Shown: positions 28,368 through 39,005 of the stretch, one piece after another
Position numbering within the stretch: position 1 is the stretch's first letter
Layout of the letters: each line of letters opens with the position of its first letter
NCBI GenBank assembly: GCA_029210775.1
Contig: JARGGI010000002.1
Span: 12,478-76,477 of the forward strand
Source: Patescibacteria group bacterium
Lineage (GTDB): Bacteria > Patescibacteriota > Minisyncoccia > JAHIHE01 > JAGLIN01
Direction of reading: 5' to 3'
DNA: 64,000 nt
The notes under the pieces: generated by a model
Databases searched by the model: none
What the model was told of the DNA's origin: nothing
The model's input: only the letters and a program-made list of their open reading frames with translations
Program-made: the position numbers and the translations under genes

Positions 28368-30779
28368 TTATTTTATTAACGATTTATTCCAATCAGGCAT
28401 TACTGGCATCCGACCTTCATCTCTTTTATAAACCCATTCTCTCCAATCAGAATCATTTAATCTTTTTTCTAATGGATTTTTAAATTCATAATAAGAGAAT
28501 ACGAGACCCTTTGTTAATCTTGTTCCATTTGAATCTTTTACAGCAACATAAATATAATTAGGAATTCCATCAGCTTCATAAAGAATCTGACGAGTTAACC
28601 CATCAGTATGTACATCAGCAATCAAAGCTGAACGTGCAAGATCTTCAGTTCGGTCTTCGCTTGGAAGCGGAGAAATTACAGAAGACAACTTACCCGACTC
28701 TCTTCTTAATCTTTCGAAATCTAAATCGGATATCTTTTCATTATTCAGTTCTGCGATCGCAATCTTTCTAAAAAATCGTAATGAATCAGCAAGCTTTTCA
28801 TTTCTGCCTTGAAATTCTTGATCAAGTAAATTTCTCTGCATTAATCCTTTCTTTGTCATATCCAAAAGAGCAATTAACCTATCAAGAAATTCAATATTCG
28901 GTTCAACATATCCTTTTGGTACAGGAGGCAACCCCCCTTCATCTCCACCTCCACCTAATTCTGCGTATGATTGTTTTGCATAAAGAAGAGTATCATGCTT
29001 AAGCTCTGTCCAAGAGCCCATAAAACTTTGTAAATTCTTTTTATTCCAGTCTTCATTTTTCATAAAGTTTGGATATCCATCTTTATCTAAATCCTCCTGA
29101 GAAAGTGATTGTAAAGTATAAAGCCAGCTCCAATAAATATTTTGTGTCATCGTCTCTTCTGAAATACCGCTAAAATATATTTTTAAATCAGATATTCTAT
29201 CATTAATAACATTTTTTGATTTTAAAGCATCAGTTACAATCCAATCTGCTAATTCACTTTCAGCAGTTTTGTTTCCCAAGGATGTCATTACCATTAATGC
29301 TGTTGGCATACTCGGAAGACGTTCACCAGTTTTTTTGTCTGGTTTTTCATCACCTTGAGTTAAACTTGAAAATATAAAAGCATCTGGAGTAAAGCGTTGT
29401 CCCATAAAACGAAAACCTTTAGTTTGATTTTGTAATTCCTCTTTTGTGCTATCTAATACTTCTTCTCCAACAACCAAGGAAGACATTATTTGTGGATTTT
29501 TTAATTTTATAATATCTTCTTGAATTTTTGTAACAAATTCACCTCCTTGAGGAATATTTATATTATCTTGTAATACTTTTTGATACTCATATAAACCGAG
29601 ATCATCGCTTTCTCCTACGAAGAATGTCGTAGGCACATAAATATCCTGCCATTTATCTAACAATTCTAATTGATTCATTAACAAAACAATATTTATTGCA
29701 TCTTGCGTAAGTTCAGGACTTTTAGCAAGAAAATTCACTCTTCCATACCACATCATAGAACGAAAATAACTACGTAATACTGGATTTTTTGCATAATGAC
29801 TCCTTGGACCATATTGTGTATAATCTTCCATAAAGCTCAAGCCTTGTTCTGATTGATATTTTCCAAAAAGAGGAGACAGCTGTGCGCTTTCTGCTATCAT
29901 AACCAATTCAATTTCCTGTCTTGCTAAATCATAAGAAACACTTGGAATTTCATCTTTCATTGTGTCTAAATTTGCCAAAATAGCTTCTTTGGAATCAGAA
30001 CTATCATCAGCAATAGTTTCGTTTTTATAGAAATCATAAGAAGAATTAATAATAGATTCAGGAACTGCAAAATAGGAAATGAGTCTTTGATAACTCTCCT
30101 TCTCACTAATTAAATTTGAATTATTATATTTATCAATTGAAATATCGAGCATATTATGCGTTATCTCTTGTAAACGAGGATAAAATTCTTTTTGCTCAAT
30201 ATATTCGAATTCTTTCTCTAAAAGTCTGTGATATATATGCAACATAAAATCAGAAGTAATAAAAACTGAATTTTCTGGTGCTCTAAATTCTTTTGAAGGT
30301 CCTCCTATATCGCTATACAAATCCACCCAATCATCAACTCTTATTGAACTGTCCTCGGGGTTTTTTCTGAAAAAATCATCATTGTTTTGTGCAATAAAAA
30401 AATTATTATTCTTAAGAGCCAATTTTCTTGATTCAGAAAATACAATTGGATTTAAGCTTTGATAAGCTGATTTATTTTCAAAATTATTTAAATTATATAA
30501 CTCATTCAAAGCTATTTTTGAACTCGGTATACTTGGTTTATAAATTGATTTTTTATATTCATATTTAGAGAAAGAAAATTTATTCTTTAAAATTCCAACA
30601 TTTTTTAAAATTTCTTCAGAATTCATAATTTGCTCAGAAACATTATCACTATTCGCGGGTCTATTATTCTCTATTAATTTCTTTTTTTCATTTGAAGACT
30701 TTAAAATAACTACAATAAAAAAGACTAACAAAATAAAAACAAATAATCCTACTAAAACTATTACTCTTTTTTTTGACAT
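28368..30779 (-). CDS. DUF3160-like large secreted/anchored protein
   Basis: EDYTQYGPRSHY, YFRSMMWYGR, FMGQRFTPD, SWTELKHDTLLYAKQSYAE and GYVEP motifs. Confidence 0.85.
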   Translation of the reverse strand: MSKKRVIVLVGLFVFILLVFFIVVILKSSNEKKKLIENNRPANSDNVSEQIMNSEEILKNVGILKNKFSFSKYEYKKSIYKPSIPSSKIALNELYNLNNFENKSAYQSLNPIVFSESRKLALKNNNFFIAQNNDDFFRKNPEDSSIRVDDWVDLYSDIGGPSKEFRAPENSVFITSDFMLHIYHRLLEKEFEYIEQKEFYPRLQEITHNMLDISIDKYNNSNLISEKESYQRLISYFAVPESIINSSYDFYKNETIADDSSDSKEAILANLDTMKDEIPSVSYDLARQEIELVMIAESAQLSPLFGKYQSEQGLSFMEDYTQYGPRSHYAKNPVLRSYFRSMMWYGRVNFLAKSPELTQDAINIVLLMNQLELLDKWQDIYVPTTFFVGESDDLGLYEYQKVLQDNINIPQGGEFVTKIQEDIIKLKNPQIMSSLVVGEEVLDSTKEELQNQTKGFRFMGQRFTPDAFIFSSLTQGDEKPDKKTGERLPSMPTALMVMTSLGNKTAESELADWIVTDALKSKNVINDRISDLKIYFSGISEETMTQNIYWSWLYTLQSLSQEDLDKDGYPNFMKNEDWNKKNLQSFMGSWTELKHDTLLYAKQSYAELGGGGDEGGLPPVPKGYVEPNIEFLDRLIALLDMTKKGLMQRNLLDQEFQGRNEKLADSLRFFRKIAIAELNNEKISDLDFERLRRESGKLSSVISPLPSEDRTEDLARSALIADVHTDGLTRQILYEADGIPNYIYVAVKDSNGTRLTKGLVFSYYEFKNPLEKRLNDSDWREWVYKRDEGRMPVMPDWNKSLIK

Positions 30780-30834
30780 AAATTTTATATTAACAATTTA
30801 ATTTGGCTTCAAAAATTAATAATAATTATCTATT

Positions 30835-32349
30835 CTAAATACTTTTTTTGTTATACGCCTCAAATACGAAATTCGTTAGATTTTTCTCATACCAAGCCTT
30901 ATCCAATATTAATTTTTCTTGATTTTCAATCCACGGACCCCAGTCAAAATCCTTATTATTTTTATCATCTATTTCACGAGGAAGGTATTCAGAATTTTCT
31001 TTTAACATCCCCTGTCTTTCATATTTTTTAATTAAAGAAAGCACATCTGGAGACAACATGGTCAGCTCAAATAATCTAATTCTCGAATCCTTAATATTAA
31101 CCAAGGCAATATTGGTACGTAATATAAACTGCTCAACAGGCAGAATAGCTACAACTGCATACATCCAAAGAAATAAAACTATCACAAATTTTAATATATT
31201 TGCCCGTTGCCTGCTAAACAGCTTAATTATAAGCCAAACAAACAAGATGGCACAATAAATAACTGCATATGAAGCAAAAAACTTTTCATAACTAAAACCG
31301 TAATAAATAACATAAAGGCCCATTCGATATCCTGCTGAAACGAGCAAAAACAATGACGCAACAGTAAATGCTGTTAATATTTGCTGAACCAATAATGAGG
31401 TTTTTCTATAAACAAAAAAGTAAATCAAAATATTAATAATAGATAAAAAAAGTAATTGCCAAAAACCGCCTTTGACCAAGCTTTCTGTTTCCTTGAAATC
31501 AAAAGGCAATACGCCAATCCATAAACGATTAGCTTGCACCCACAAAAATAATAAATATAAACATAAAACTCCGCCCAAAACAATGCCCGAAACTATTGGA
31601 TCAATATTTTTATCAGAGCCATCATTTTCTTTATAATCAAATTTTCTACTCCAGGCATTCAAAACTGAAAAAAACAAAACAGATAATACTATAACTGTAA
31701 GCAATTTGTACACATAAATCGATGAAAAAATATTTAAAAACCAATCATTAACTACTTGCATTTTATCAGCAAAAATTGCATCAGCTGATGATAAAAGCGG
31801 TATAAAAACAGTTAACGCTATTATTAAAAATAAAATTATACCCGTAGCTATTCTGAATATGGTATTTTTCTTTGTTTTGCCTGCAGGTATAATTAAGTTT
31901 AAATAAAGCCTAACCGTTTGATTAATCCTTCTTGGAAAAGTGAAAAATCTATTTATGACTTTTAAAATAAATTCAAAATCCCATATTCTAGTTTTTTTAT
32001 CAGTTAAAAAAGACTGGATGAAGAAAATTGTAAACATTGCGGGCAAAATCAATATGCTAATGATTTTTAAAAAAGGATTATCATATATTGAATAGCTTAA
32101 AAATATTAAAACCATTGGAATAATCCAAAACAAATCATGCTTTATGTATTGACCTTTTTTATACAGCACCCAAACAAATAAACCTAAAAAAAGAAGTCCA
32201 AAAGCCGTAGCATTAAAGCCTAAAGCATATATTCCTTTATGCCAAAAATTCCACAAAAAAACAACCCAAAAAATAGCCAATACGGCACTAAAAATAAGTT
32301 TTAGAAGTAGCTCCTTATTAAATTTTTCAGTGTGTTTAATGTTTTCCAT
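30835..32349 (-). CDS. DUF4153/DUF4173-like multi-TM membrane protein
   Basis: LLSSADAIF, GFWQL and SAGYRMGLYVIYYGFS motifs. Confidence 0.8.
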   Translation of the reverse strand: MENIKHTEKFNKELLLKLIFSAVLAIFWVVFLWNFWHKGIYALGFNATAFGLLFLGLFVWVLYKKGQYIKHDLFWIIPMVLIFLSYSIYDNPFLKIISILILPAMFTIFFIQSFLTDKKTRIWDFEFILKVINRFFTFPRRINQTVRLYLNLIIPAGKTKKNTIFRIATGIILFLIIALTVFIPLLSSADAIFADKMQVVNDWFLNIFSSIYVYKLLTVIVLSVLFFSVLNAWSRKFDYKENDGSDKNIDPIVSGIVLGGVLCLYLLFLWVQANRLWIGVLPFDFKETESLVKGGFWQLLFLSIINILIYFFVYRKTSLLVQQILTAFTVASLFLLVSAGYRMGLYVIYYGFSYEKFFASYAVIYCAILFVWLIIKLFSRQRANILKFVIVLFLWMYAVVAILPVEQFILRTNIALVNIKDSRIRLFELTMLSPDVLSLIKKYERQGMLKENSEYLPREIDDKNNKDFDWGPWIENQEKLILDKAWYEKNLTNFVFEAYNKKSI

Positions 32350-32624
32350 ATTTTTTTTATTTTATTTTTTATATTATAACAGTAAAACAAAGTTTGGTAT
32401 ATATAAATAATATTTCTAAATATAGATAATGAATTGAGAATAAATTTATATCAAACAGAAACGGGACTCGAACCACTATATTCACTAATGTTAGAGGGAT
32501 TTTTTAAATCACAATTTTAACGGAAACAGGACTAAATGTAATAAATTCTCATCCCTGTTATTTTTAGCTAATATTAAACTAAAAACAACTAACAGAAGTC
32601 GGTTGCTTTTACAGAAATTATTTG

Positions 32625-32695
32625 CTCGGGGACAGGGATTCGAACCCCGATTGCCTGGACCAAAACCAGGTGTCCTACCATTAGACGATCCCCGA
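32625..32695 (-). tRNA. tRNA-Gln(UUG)
   Basis: TCGGGGATCGTCTAATGGTAGGACACCTGGTTTTGGTCCAGGCAATCGGGGTTCGAATCCCTGTCCCCGAG folds as a cloverleaf, anticodon TTG. Confidence 0.95.
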
Positions 32696-32713
32696 ATATA
32701 TATTTGTGAAATT

Positions 32714-32983
32714 AGAGAGATTCCTCCGTTGCACTTCGTTCCAGTCGCAATGACAATGTTTTTCCCCTGTCTTTGCGAGCGAAGCGTGGCAATCCCGAAA
32801 TTAGTTTCATAAAACTGTAATATATCGTTTTGTGAATTTAGACTCGAGATTGCTTCGTCGTTCCTCCTCGCAATGACAGACACAAGTAAGAAAAAGTTTT
32901 ATATTTATAGACTCGAGATTGCTTCGTCGTTCCTCCTCGCAATGACAGAGATAGATTGCCACATCGCTTCGCTCCTCGCAATA
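32714..32983. repeat. Cluster of five REP-like palindromic units, including an exact 42-bp direct repeat (32839-32880 = 32908-32949)
   Basis: gagattgcttcgtcgttcctcctcgcaatgaca-type units in both orientations, between dnaX and tRNA-Gln. Confidence 0.85.
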
Positions 32984-33022
32984 AAAAAAGCAAAATAATA
33001 TATTTTTATTACATGTTATATG

Positions 33023-34699
33023 TTAAACCACTTCTCCACCAAACATATCAAGCGCAGAATCAACAAGATCATCGTCTTCACCCCTGGCCTTCTTTTCTTT
33101 TTTTGAAAAACTCACCTCTTGGATTTTATATCCCATCTTCTCTGCTTCATCGTGAGTTATAAATTTCAAAAACACTTTTTGTTTCAAAATTTCTTTTATC
33201 ACATTCTCAACAATTTCTCTATTCTCAACTTTTTGAAGTTTATCTTTGTGAAAAGAATATTTACATGACACAAGAATTTCACTATCTTTCATACTAATTG
33301 GCTGACAAGTTTTCAGAAAAGCCGTCAAAGAATGATTAAAAGGTTTCACTTCTTCCAAAATTTCACACCATTCTTCTTTTATATCTTCAATGCTAATGCT
33401 ACCTTCTTTCGGTATCTCTATTTCATCTTTAATTTCTTCGTCTTGAATGGAAATAACGGCTTCTACTTTTTTCTTTTCAAGTCCTATGCTTTTTTTCACA
33501 AAATCACCAGATTGCTTGACTTGCTGAGAAACCTTTTCTGTTATCTTTTTGATTGGTTGAGCGATTTTATCATTATAATCATTTTTTTTTACTTCTGTCA
33601 ATGAATCTTTGTCTTCAATGTCAATTTCAGCAACTGCAAGCTCCAGTGGAAGTTGCGGAATTATTGATGATTTAATTTCTTCTTTGCCTTTTATAAATGT
33701 GCGAATGATTTTTATCAATTGCGATATTGTTGTTTTTTGTGCAATATTTTTCAGTTCTGAAATTTGCTCTTGAGTCATTTCAGATGAAAAATGTTCTTCC
33801 ATTTCTGGGCTGATTTTAATGAGCATAAGCTTTCTTGCAAACTCAATGATTGATTTTGCAAATTGTTCAAGATCATAACCATCGTCAGTCATTTTGCTTA
33901 TATATCTAATAGCCTGATCATATTTTTTATCAATAATCAAATTTATCATTTCAATTGATATTGAAATATCAGCCACTGAAAGAATTTCCTGAACTTCTCT
34001 GAGTGTTATATCGCCATCCTCAATTGAAAGAATTTGTCCAAACAGACTTTCACTGTCTCGCAATCCCCCATTTGAATTTATAGCAATAAAATCTAAAACG
34101 CCCTTTTCCACTTTAACACCCTCTTTTTTCGCAATTTCTGACAAACATTCTGTTATCTCGGAAACTTTCATACGATGAAAGTCAAATCTTTGGCACCTGG
34201 AAATTATTGTTGCTGGAATTTTGTGAATTTCAGTCGTTGCTAAAATAAAAATGACATGTTTCGGAGGTTCTTCAAGCGTTTTTAAAAGTGCATTAAACGC
34301 ACCTTTAGAAAGCATATGAACTTCATCAATTATATATACTTTATACTTTCCAACTGATGGCGCAAAATTTATTTTTTCAATTATGTCTCGCATCTTATCA
34401 ACTTGCGTATGAGTTGCAGCATCAATTTCAACCATATCCAAAAAACTACTTTGATTGATACTAAGACAGGTCTCACACTTATTACAAGGGTTACCGTCTT
34501 TTTGATCTTTACAATTTACTGTTTTAGCAAGTATTCTGGCAATCGTAGTTTTTCCAATTCCCCTTGGACCAGAAAAAAGATATGCATGAGCAACCTTCCC
34601 GTTTTTTATGGAATTCTTAATAGTCTTAATGACATGTTCTTGACCAACAACCTCGTCAAAACTAAGTGGCCTATATTTTCGATATAATACTTCGCTCAT
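33023..34699 (-). CDS. dnaX: DNA polymerase III subunit gamma/tau
   Basis: LYRKYRP, GPRGIGKTT, IIDEVHML and SRCQ motifs. Confidence 0.97.
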   Translation of the reverse strand: MSEVLYRKYRPLSFDEVVGQEHVIKTIKNSIKNGKVAHAYLFSGPRGIGKTTIARILAKTVNCKDQKDGNPCNKCETCLSINQSSFLDMVEIDAATHTQVDKMRDIIEKINFAPSVGKYKVYIIDEVHMLSKGAFNALLKTLEEPPKHVIFILATTEIHKIPATIISRCQRFDFHRMKVSEITECLSEIAKKEGVKVEKGVLDFIAINSNGGLRDSESLFGQILSIEDGDITLREVQEILSVADISISIEMINLIIDKKYDQAIRYISKMTDDGYDLEQFAKSIIEFARKLMLIKISPEMEEHFSSEMTQEQISELKNIAQKTTISQLIKIIRTFIKGKEEIKSSIIPQLPLELAVAEIDIEDKDSLTEVKKNDYNDKIAQPIKKITEKVSQQVKQSGDFVKKSIGLEKKKVEAVISIQDEEIKDEIEIPKEGSISIEDIKEEWCEILEEVKPFNHSLTAFLKTCQPISMKDSEILVSCKYSFHKDKLQKVENREIVENVIKEILKQKVFLKFITHDEAEKMGYKIQEVSFSKKEKKARGEDDDLVDSALDMFGGEVV

Positions 34700-34795
34700 A
34701 CTTGAAAGTAAAAAGACTAATTATAAGGGCATTAAAATAAAGCTTGTGACAAAAGCTTATATTTTAATATCATAATTTATAAATGTCTATATTGT

Positions 34796-35494
34796 TTATG
34801 ATAAATCATCAGAAATCTCATCGTCTTGTTCCGCTTCAAACTGAGCTTCTTTTTTTATATCTTCAACGGAAGGATTCCATTCGTCTTCAATTAATTCGTC
34901 TTCATTTTCTATGTCTTGTTCAACCTTTTTTGGTTTCTTTTTGTTTTCTTTCGGCTTTTCTTCGTCTTCAAACAATTCAACTCTATCCGTGTCTTCTATA
35001 ACTGCCTCAATTGCAGCCCATTTACTGATCTTTTCTCTTGGCACAACAATCGTCACTTCATCTCCTTCTTTTGCCTTGAAATATGTCAGGGAGGCCAGAA
35101 GAACTTTATATTTTCTTCCCTCTGAGGCAACATAATATTTTCCGCTACTATCTTTCATTATTGTTCCAATTATTTTCCTTCTATCCGCTGGACTTATTTG
35201 TTTATAGAGAAAAGATCCATCTTCGGTAATAGTGAGTTTTAGCAAATCCCCTTCTATAAGTTTTGACTTACTGGCATAGTTGACAGGAATTGGATATTTC
35301 TTTCCATCAAGTCCAACCATTTTTTCGCCATCAAAAGATCCTTCAATAATCTGACTTGCCTCTGAATCACTTGATTTTTTTCTTGAGCTGTCATCAAGTT
35401 GTGACAAAATTTGCTTTGCAGCAACAATATTTCTCTCTGCGTTCTCAATCATTTGACGCAAAAGAACTATTTTATTTTGTTTTGATTCTTCCAT
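34796..35494 (-). CDS. Conserved hypothetical protein with acidic tail
   Basis: IIEGSFDGEKM..YPIPVNYASKSKLIEGDLLKL; family recalled from CPR genomes, function unknown. Confidence 0.75.
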   Translation of the reverse strand: MEESKQNKIVLLRQMIENAERNIVAAKQILSQLDDSSRKKSSDSEASQIIEGSFDGEKMVGLDGKKYPIPVNYASKSKLIEGDLLKLTITEDGSFLYKQISPADRRKIIGTIMKDSSGKYYVASEGRKYKVLLASLTYFKAKEGDEVTIVVPREKISKWAAIEAVIEDTDRVELFEDEEKPKENKKKPKKVEQDIENEDELIEDEWNPSVEDIKKEAQFEAEQDDEISDDLS

Positions 35495-35823
35495 GTTTTT
35501 ATTTTTATTTTGTTAAGTTTTGATGTTTTAAGTATTATCAGTATATCAGATTATATAAATTTGTAAACTAAATAAAAAATGAGAAATTGAAGTGTGGATA
35601 AGTTAATATATAGAATTATTAACACTTTTTTGTGATATGATAATTTGATAATGCTAATTTTGATAAAACCACTCGATATATACTAAGAAATGCATATATA
35701 TTCTTTTTCTTAGGAAAATCAGCAAAGGAGATGCTCTTGGTGATTAAAATTATGTTAATTCCTTGCCAAAAACAGAGAAATATTATACCTTTAAGTATAT
35801 AATAACTTATAAAAGGTAAAAAC

Positions 35824-36387
35824 ATGTCTACAATCGCTTTTAAGGAAATAAAGAAGGGCACTACAATTTTGATTGAAAATGAGCCGTATGAAGTTATTGA
35901 CCGATCATTTCGAGCTAAACAACAAAGAGAAGCAATGGCAACAGTGAATATGAAAAATCTTTTGACTGGTAAAGTTTTAACAAGAAACTTCCAATCCTCG
36001 GCCCAAGTTGAAGAAATAACTCTTGAAGAATCAAAAGCGCAATTTTTGTATGAAGATGGAAATGAATATCATTTTATGGACCAAGAAACATACGATCAAT
36101 TTCCACTTACAGAAGAACAAATTGGAGATGCGATAAATTATCTCAAAGAAGAAATTATTGTGAGAATAAAAAAATTTAATGACAAACCAATTGATATTCT
36201 CCTGCCTGCAGAAGTAAGTTTGAAAGTCATCGATTCACCTCCTGGAGTCAAGGGCGATACTGCACAAGGAGGATCAAAAACTGTCACTCTTGAAACTGGA
36301 ATGAAGATGAATGTTCCTCTTTTTATTAAAGAAGGAGATAATTTGATAATTAAAACCAAAAGCGGAAATTTTGACCGGAGGGAATAA
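35824..36387 (+). CDS. efp: Elongation factor P
   Basis: FMDQETYDQ, PPGVKGDT and LETG..VPLFI motifs. Confidence 0.96.
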   Translation: MSTIAFKEIKKGTTILIENEPYEVIDRSFRAKQQREAMATVNMKNLLTGKVLTRNFQSSAQVEEITLEESKAQFLYEDGNEYHFMDQETYDQFPLTEEQIGDAINYLKEEIIVRIKKFNDKPIDILLPAEVSLKVIDSPPGVKGDTAQGGSKTVTLETGMKMNVPLFIKEGDNLIIKTKSGNFDRRE

Positions 36388-36470
36388 AATTTAATCGGTA
36401 AATATATTTGCCATATTGTTTAGAGTCTTTATAGTATAATTAGAAACAAAAAAGAGAAGATGATAATAAG

Positions 36471-36743
36471 ATGAAATGTTTTAGTGGTGAGGAGAAAATT
36501 GGCATTCTTGTTGATATAGCCGTTCTTTTATTCCTGCCATTAGCTATAGCTGGAGTGACAATTTATTGGTGGTTATCAATAGTCACACCATCAAGTAGCC
36601 TTGAGGCTATTATATCTGCACTTTCGCTTTCCGTTGCAGGATGCATTTATTGTTTTATTGTTTTTCACGAAATAATGGACGGAAAAACAGTAATACTCAG
36701 GCTATTGTATATGAAAAAAAAGAGATCAAAAAAAATTGGATAA
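36471..36743 (+). CDS. Small two-TM hypothetical protein
   Basis: Two hydrophobic segments and a basic tail. Confidence 0.6.
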   Translation: MKCFSGEEKIGILVDIAVLLFLPLAIAGVTIYWWLSIVTPSSSLEAIISALSLSVAGCIYCFIVFHEIMDGKTVILRLLYMKKKRSKKIG

Positions 36744-36808
36744 AATAAAAGATCTTCCCATGTCATCAAAGATGCTTCAGAAATCATAGAAATCATTCTA
36801 TGATTTTT

Positions 36809-37525
36809 GGCTCTTTGTCAAAATGTATGGTGATTGAAGTATAGAAGTGGAGCAAAAGCTAACATAACTTTGGCTATATAATTTTCAATATTTCTAAAAC
36901 CGAAAGGCATTCTTTTAATCATTTTTACTTTTGTATAGCATCCTTCAGTAAAAGCATTGGTAGAAAAGTTATTGAAATAATTTAAGATATATTCTTTCCA
37001 TCTAATCAAAGTTTTTTCCAATTGATATCTTCTGTTTTATTCTCGTTCAAAGATGAGTAGAGGGTTGAAAAAGAAACACCCGTGCCTTGTTTAATATAGC
37101 TCAAAGATGTTTCTTGTCATCTTGCCAACCAACATCTTTCTAAAATTCTTCGTTGTTCTTTTTTTATCAATTCCAATAACCTTTTTTGGAAAATGCTTTT
37201 TGACATTTATTATAAAAGAATCTTCTTTGGGTCAACGAGATAATAATCTGTCTATTTTCAAAAATACTATGTTTGATTTTTCTTTTACAATACTGATGAA
37301 CCTTGCTTGTGCTTTTTGTGCAATGTGGACAGAGACAATATCTTCTGGGATTGCGAGCCTTAACTATTATTTCCCTTTCTCTTGTCTCATACCTGTCAAT
37401 CCATAAATTTAGCAAATTAAACAGTTTTTTGATATCATTTTTCATAGGAGTGGTGTGAATTGTTAATTTATCAATATAATTCTACCACTTCTTTAGTTAT
37501 CCACCACAGTTATTAGTATAGAGCC
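36809..37525 (-). mobile_element. Internally deleted ISL3-family insertion sequence (717 bp)
   Basis: Ends GGCTCT...AGAGCC, 8-bp TSD TGATTTTT on both sides; transposase fragments 37167-37445 (CPHC zinc finger) and 36818-37021 (STNAFTEG..TKVKMIKRMPFGFRN). Confidence 0.9.
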
Positions 37526-37618
37526 TGATTTTTTTGCTGTTTCCTTAATAATTTATTATAATAAAATTATTAAAAACAAAATTATAAAATTAATTTTAAA
37601 ATAAAAGGAGAGAATAAT

Positions 37619-37807
37619 ATGCCAAAAGGATTTCCATTAATTTTTGATAATATAATTTTCAGAAATCCCGATCAACTTGTTAACTTTTTAGAGCAAAACA
37701 AAAATAAGCCAGACCTCGTTTCCCCGATAATTTCTGACATAAGAATATTAATAAGCATCGGAGCAATTGATGAAACGATGTTTACTGAGATAGAAAAAGA
37801 CAAATAA
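37619..37807 (+). CDS. Small hypothetical protein
   Basis: AAGGAG RBS upstream; 62 aa. Confidence 0.6.
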   Translation: MPKGFPLIFDNIIFRNPDQLVNFLEQNKNKPDLVSPIISDIRILISIGAIDETMFTEIEKDK

Positions 37808-37836
37808 CATAGGCCAAAAGAAATTGTGCCTATTTT

Positions 37837-38781
37837 TTATATCATTTTCAAAACTTTCTCAATGTCCCTCACACTTTCAACTTTCACCAATTCTTTTCTA
37901 ATTTCTTTTGCATTTTCAAATCCTCTAAAATACCAAAGAAGATATTTTCTCATTTCCACAATTCCATGTTTTCCCTTGCTTTTATACGACATCTTGGCGT
38001 GCCTTGTGGCAGCTTTTTTGATTTCATCAATTCCAAATTCTTGATATTCCCCTTTTTTTAAAAGTTCTTTTGATTGAGAAAAAAGCCATGGTTTTGTAAG
38101 CGCGCCCCTTGCAATCCCAATGCCGTCAGCTCCAGTCTTCTCAAGCATTTTTTTTGCGTCTTCAGGATTATTTATCCCTCCATTTGCCAAAACTGGAATC
38201 GAAACAATAGATTTTATTTTTTTAATTTGAGAATAATTTATATCTCCCGCAAATCCTTGCTTCAAACTTCTTCCGTGAATCATAATAGCTGAAATCGGCA
38301 AATCTTTTATCTTTTTTATAAATTTATATGCTGTCACATTGCCAACTTTTGCTCTGATTTTAATCGATACGGGAAGATTTGTTCCTTTTAGAGTTTCTTT
38401 TATAATCTCTCTTACTTTTTCAATATCATTCATAAGCGCCGCACCACTTCCATTTGAAAAAACTTTTTTTGCCGGACAGCCCATATTTATGTCAATTCCA
38501 TCTGGTTTTATTTTTTCAGTTATAACCCTTGAAGCATTCTTAAAATATTTCGGATCATTTCCAAAAAGTTGAACAATATATGGTCTTTCTGATTTTTCAA
38601 ATCCCAAAAATTCAATTGTTTTTTTTCCTTCAAAATTCAAAGCTGTTGCACTCGCAAGCTCTGAATATACAACATCCGTACCATAAGCTTTGCATATCTG
38701 ACGGAAAGAAGAATTTGTATATCCTGCCATCGGAGCCAACGCAAAAATCGGCTTATTTATTTTTTTCCAGAAATTTTTCAT
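37837..38781 (-). CDS. dusB: tRNA-dihydrouridine synthase
   Basis: LAPMAG, IDINMGCP, IHGR, ANGGI and IARG motifs. Confidence 0.93.
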   Translation of the reverse strand: MKNFWKKINKPIFALAPMAGYTNSSFRQICKAYGTDVVYSELASATALNFEGKKTIEFLGFEKSERPYIVQLFGNDPKYFKNASRVITEKIKPDGIDINMGCPAKKVFSNGSGAALMNDIEKVREIIKETLKGTNLPVSIKIRAKVGNVTAYKFIKKIKDLPISAIMIHGRSLKQGFAGDINYSQIKKIKSIVSIPVLANGGINNPEDAKKMLEKTGADGIGIARGALTKPWLFSQSKELLKKGEYQEFGIDEIKKAATRHAKMSYKSKGKHGIVEMRKYLLWYFRGFENAKEIRKELVKVESVRDIEKVLKMI

Positions 38782-38922
38782 TTTAATTTATTTGTAAATA
38801 CAAAATTTTTTGTTATTTTAACTGTCTACTAAGCAAGTATATTTGTTCTAAAATCTTTTTTTTCAAATAATTCAGATCTTTATCAAATCTCTTTATCTCT
38901 TTATCTGCTCCATCCTACAAAA

Positions 38923-38960
38923 TGTATAACTTTTCTCACGACCGTGAGAAAAGTTATACA
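38923..38960. repeat. Long inverted repeat (REP-like or bidirectional terminator)
   Basis: tgtataacttttctcacg-ac-cgtgagaaaagttataca. Confidence 0.7.
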
Positions 38961-38972
38961 TATATTATTTAT

Positions 38973-39000
38973 TTTATCTTGCTATCGAGGTTGAACCTCC
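38973..39000. repeat. REP-like palindrome GAGGTTGAACCTC, copy 2
   Basis: tttatcttgctatcgaggttgaacctcc. Confidence 0.65.
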
Positions 39001-39005
39001 TTGTT

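Noticed and set aside
32455-32480. tRNA T-arm-like fragment (GTGGTTCGAGTCCCGTTTCTG on the minus strand)
   Set aside because: No cloverleaf and no clear match to the adjacent tRNA-Gln 3' end; too short to call an att site.
32509-32883. 124-aa and 69-aa ORFs over the tRNA-Gln region
   Set aside because: Shadow translations of the tRNA and REP sequences.
32839-32949. Two identical 42-bp repeats resembling a mini-CRISPR
   Set aside because: Only two units, they belong to a dispersed REP-like family present in both orientations, and no cas genes are in the window.
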